A stretch of DNA of 63,558 nt, filler included, from Octopus bimaculoides (lineage: Eukaryota): NCBI RefSeq assembly GCF_001194135.2. It is 7 parts of 7 records of this genome, joined end to end, with 100 filler letters (N's around TTAATTAATTAA, not from the genome) between each part and the next. Parts side by side here need not be neighbours in the genome. Positions count along the whole stretch, not along the records: positions 62,276 to 63,558 come from NC_069009.1; 6 more parts are not named here. One strand, 5' to 3'. Both the position numbers and the translations under genes were made by a program. Under the pieces are notes generated by a model that was not told the origin of the DNA, did no database searches, and worked only from the letters and a program-made list of their open reading frames with translations. Position 1 is the stretch's first letter; each line of letters begins with the position of its first letter. Positions 63,541 to 63,558 of this stretch are shown here, piece by piece.

Positions 63541-63558
63541 TTATTATTATTATTATTA

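Overview
Gap-ridden (roughly 6 kb of N), AT-rich eukaryotic scaffold dominated by microsatellites and transposon remnants. The SINE/LINE repertoire looks like a coleoid cephalopod, most likely Octopus; this is an inference from repeat style, not a database match. I recognise no host protein-coding exon, rRNA, true tRNA or CRISPR array, and almost all tracked ORFs are microsatellite translations or are bridged across N gaps. The supportable content is: many tRNA-derived SINEs (CORE-like, Meta-like and others); two RTE-clade LINE families; RLE-type LINE 3' ends, one embedded in a (TAA)n array; hAT, Tc1 and mariner transposase fossils; several MITEs; and satellites. The most notable signals are: (1) a complete type I hammerhead ribozyme at 52484-52536 (-); (2) an 863-bp palindrome capped at both ends by inward-facing SINE heads, with partial copies across 31-36 kb; (3) a TTAA-bounded MITE-cargo-MITE block whose removal restores a LINE reading frame; (4) a ~22-kb CpG-depleted domain between two promoter-like CpG-rich zones, suggesting an unidentified gene body; and (5) a ~9-kb domain rich in GTAACA/GTGACA motifs.
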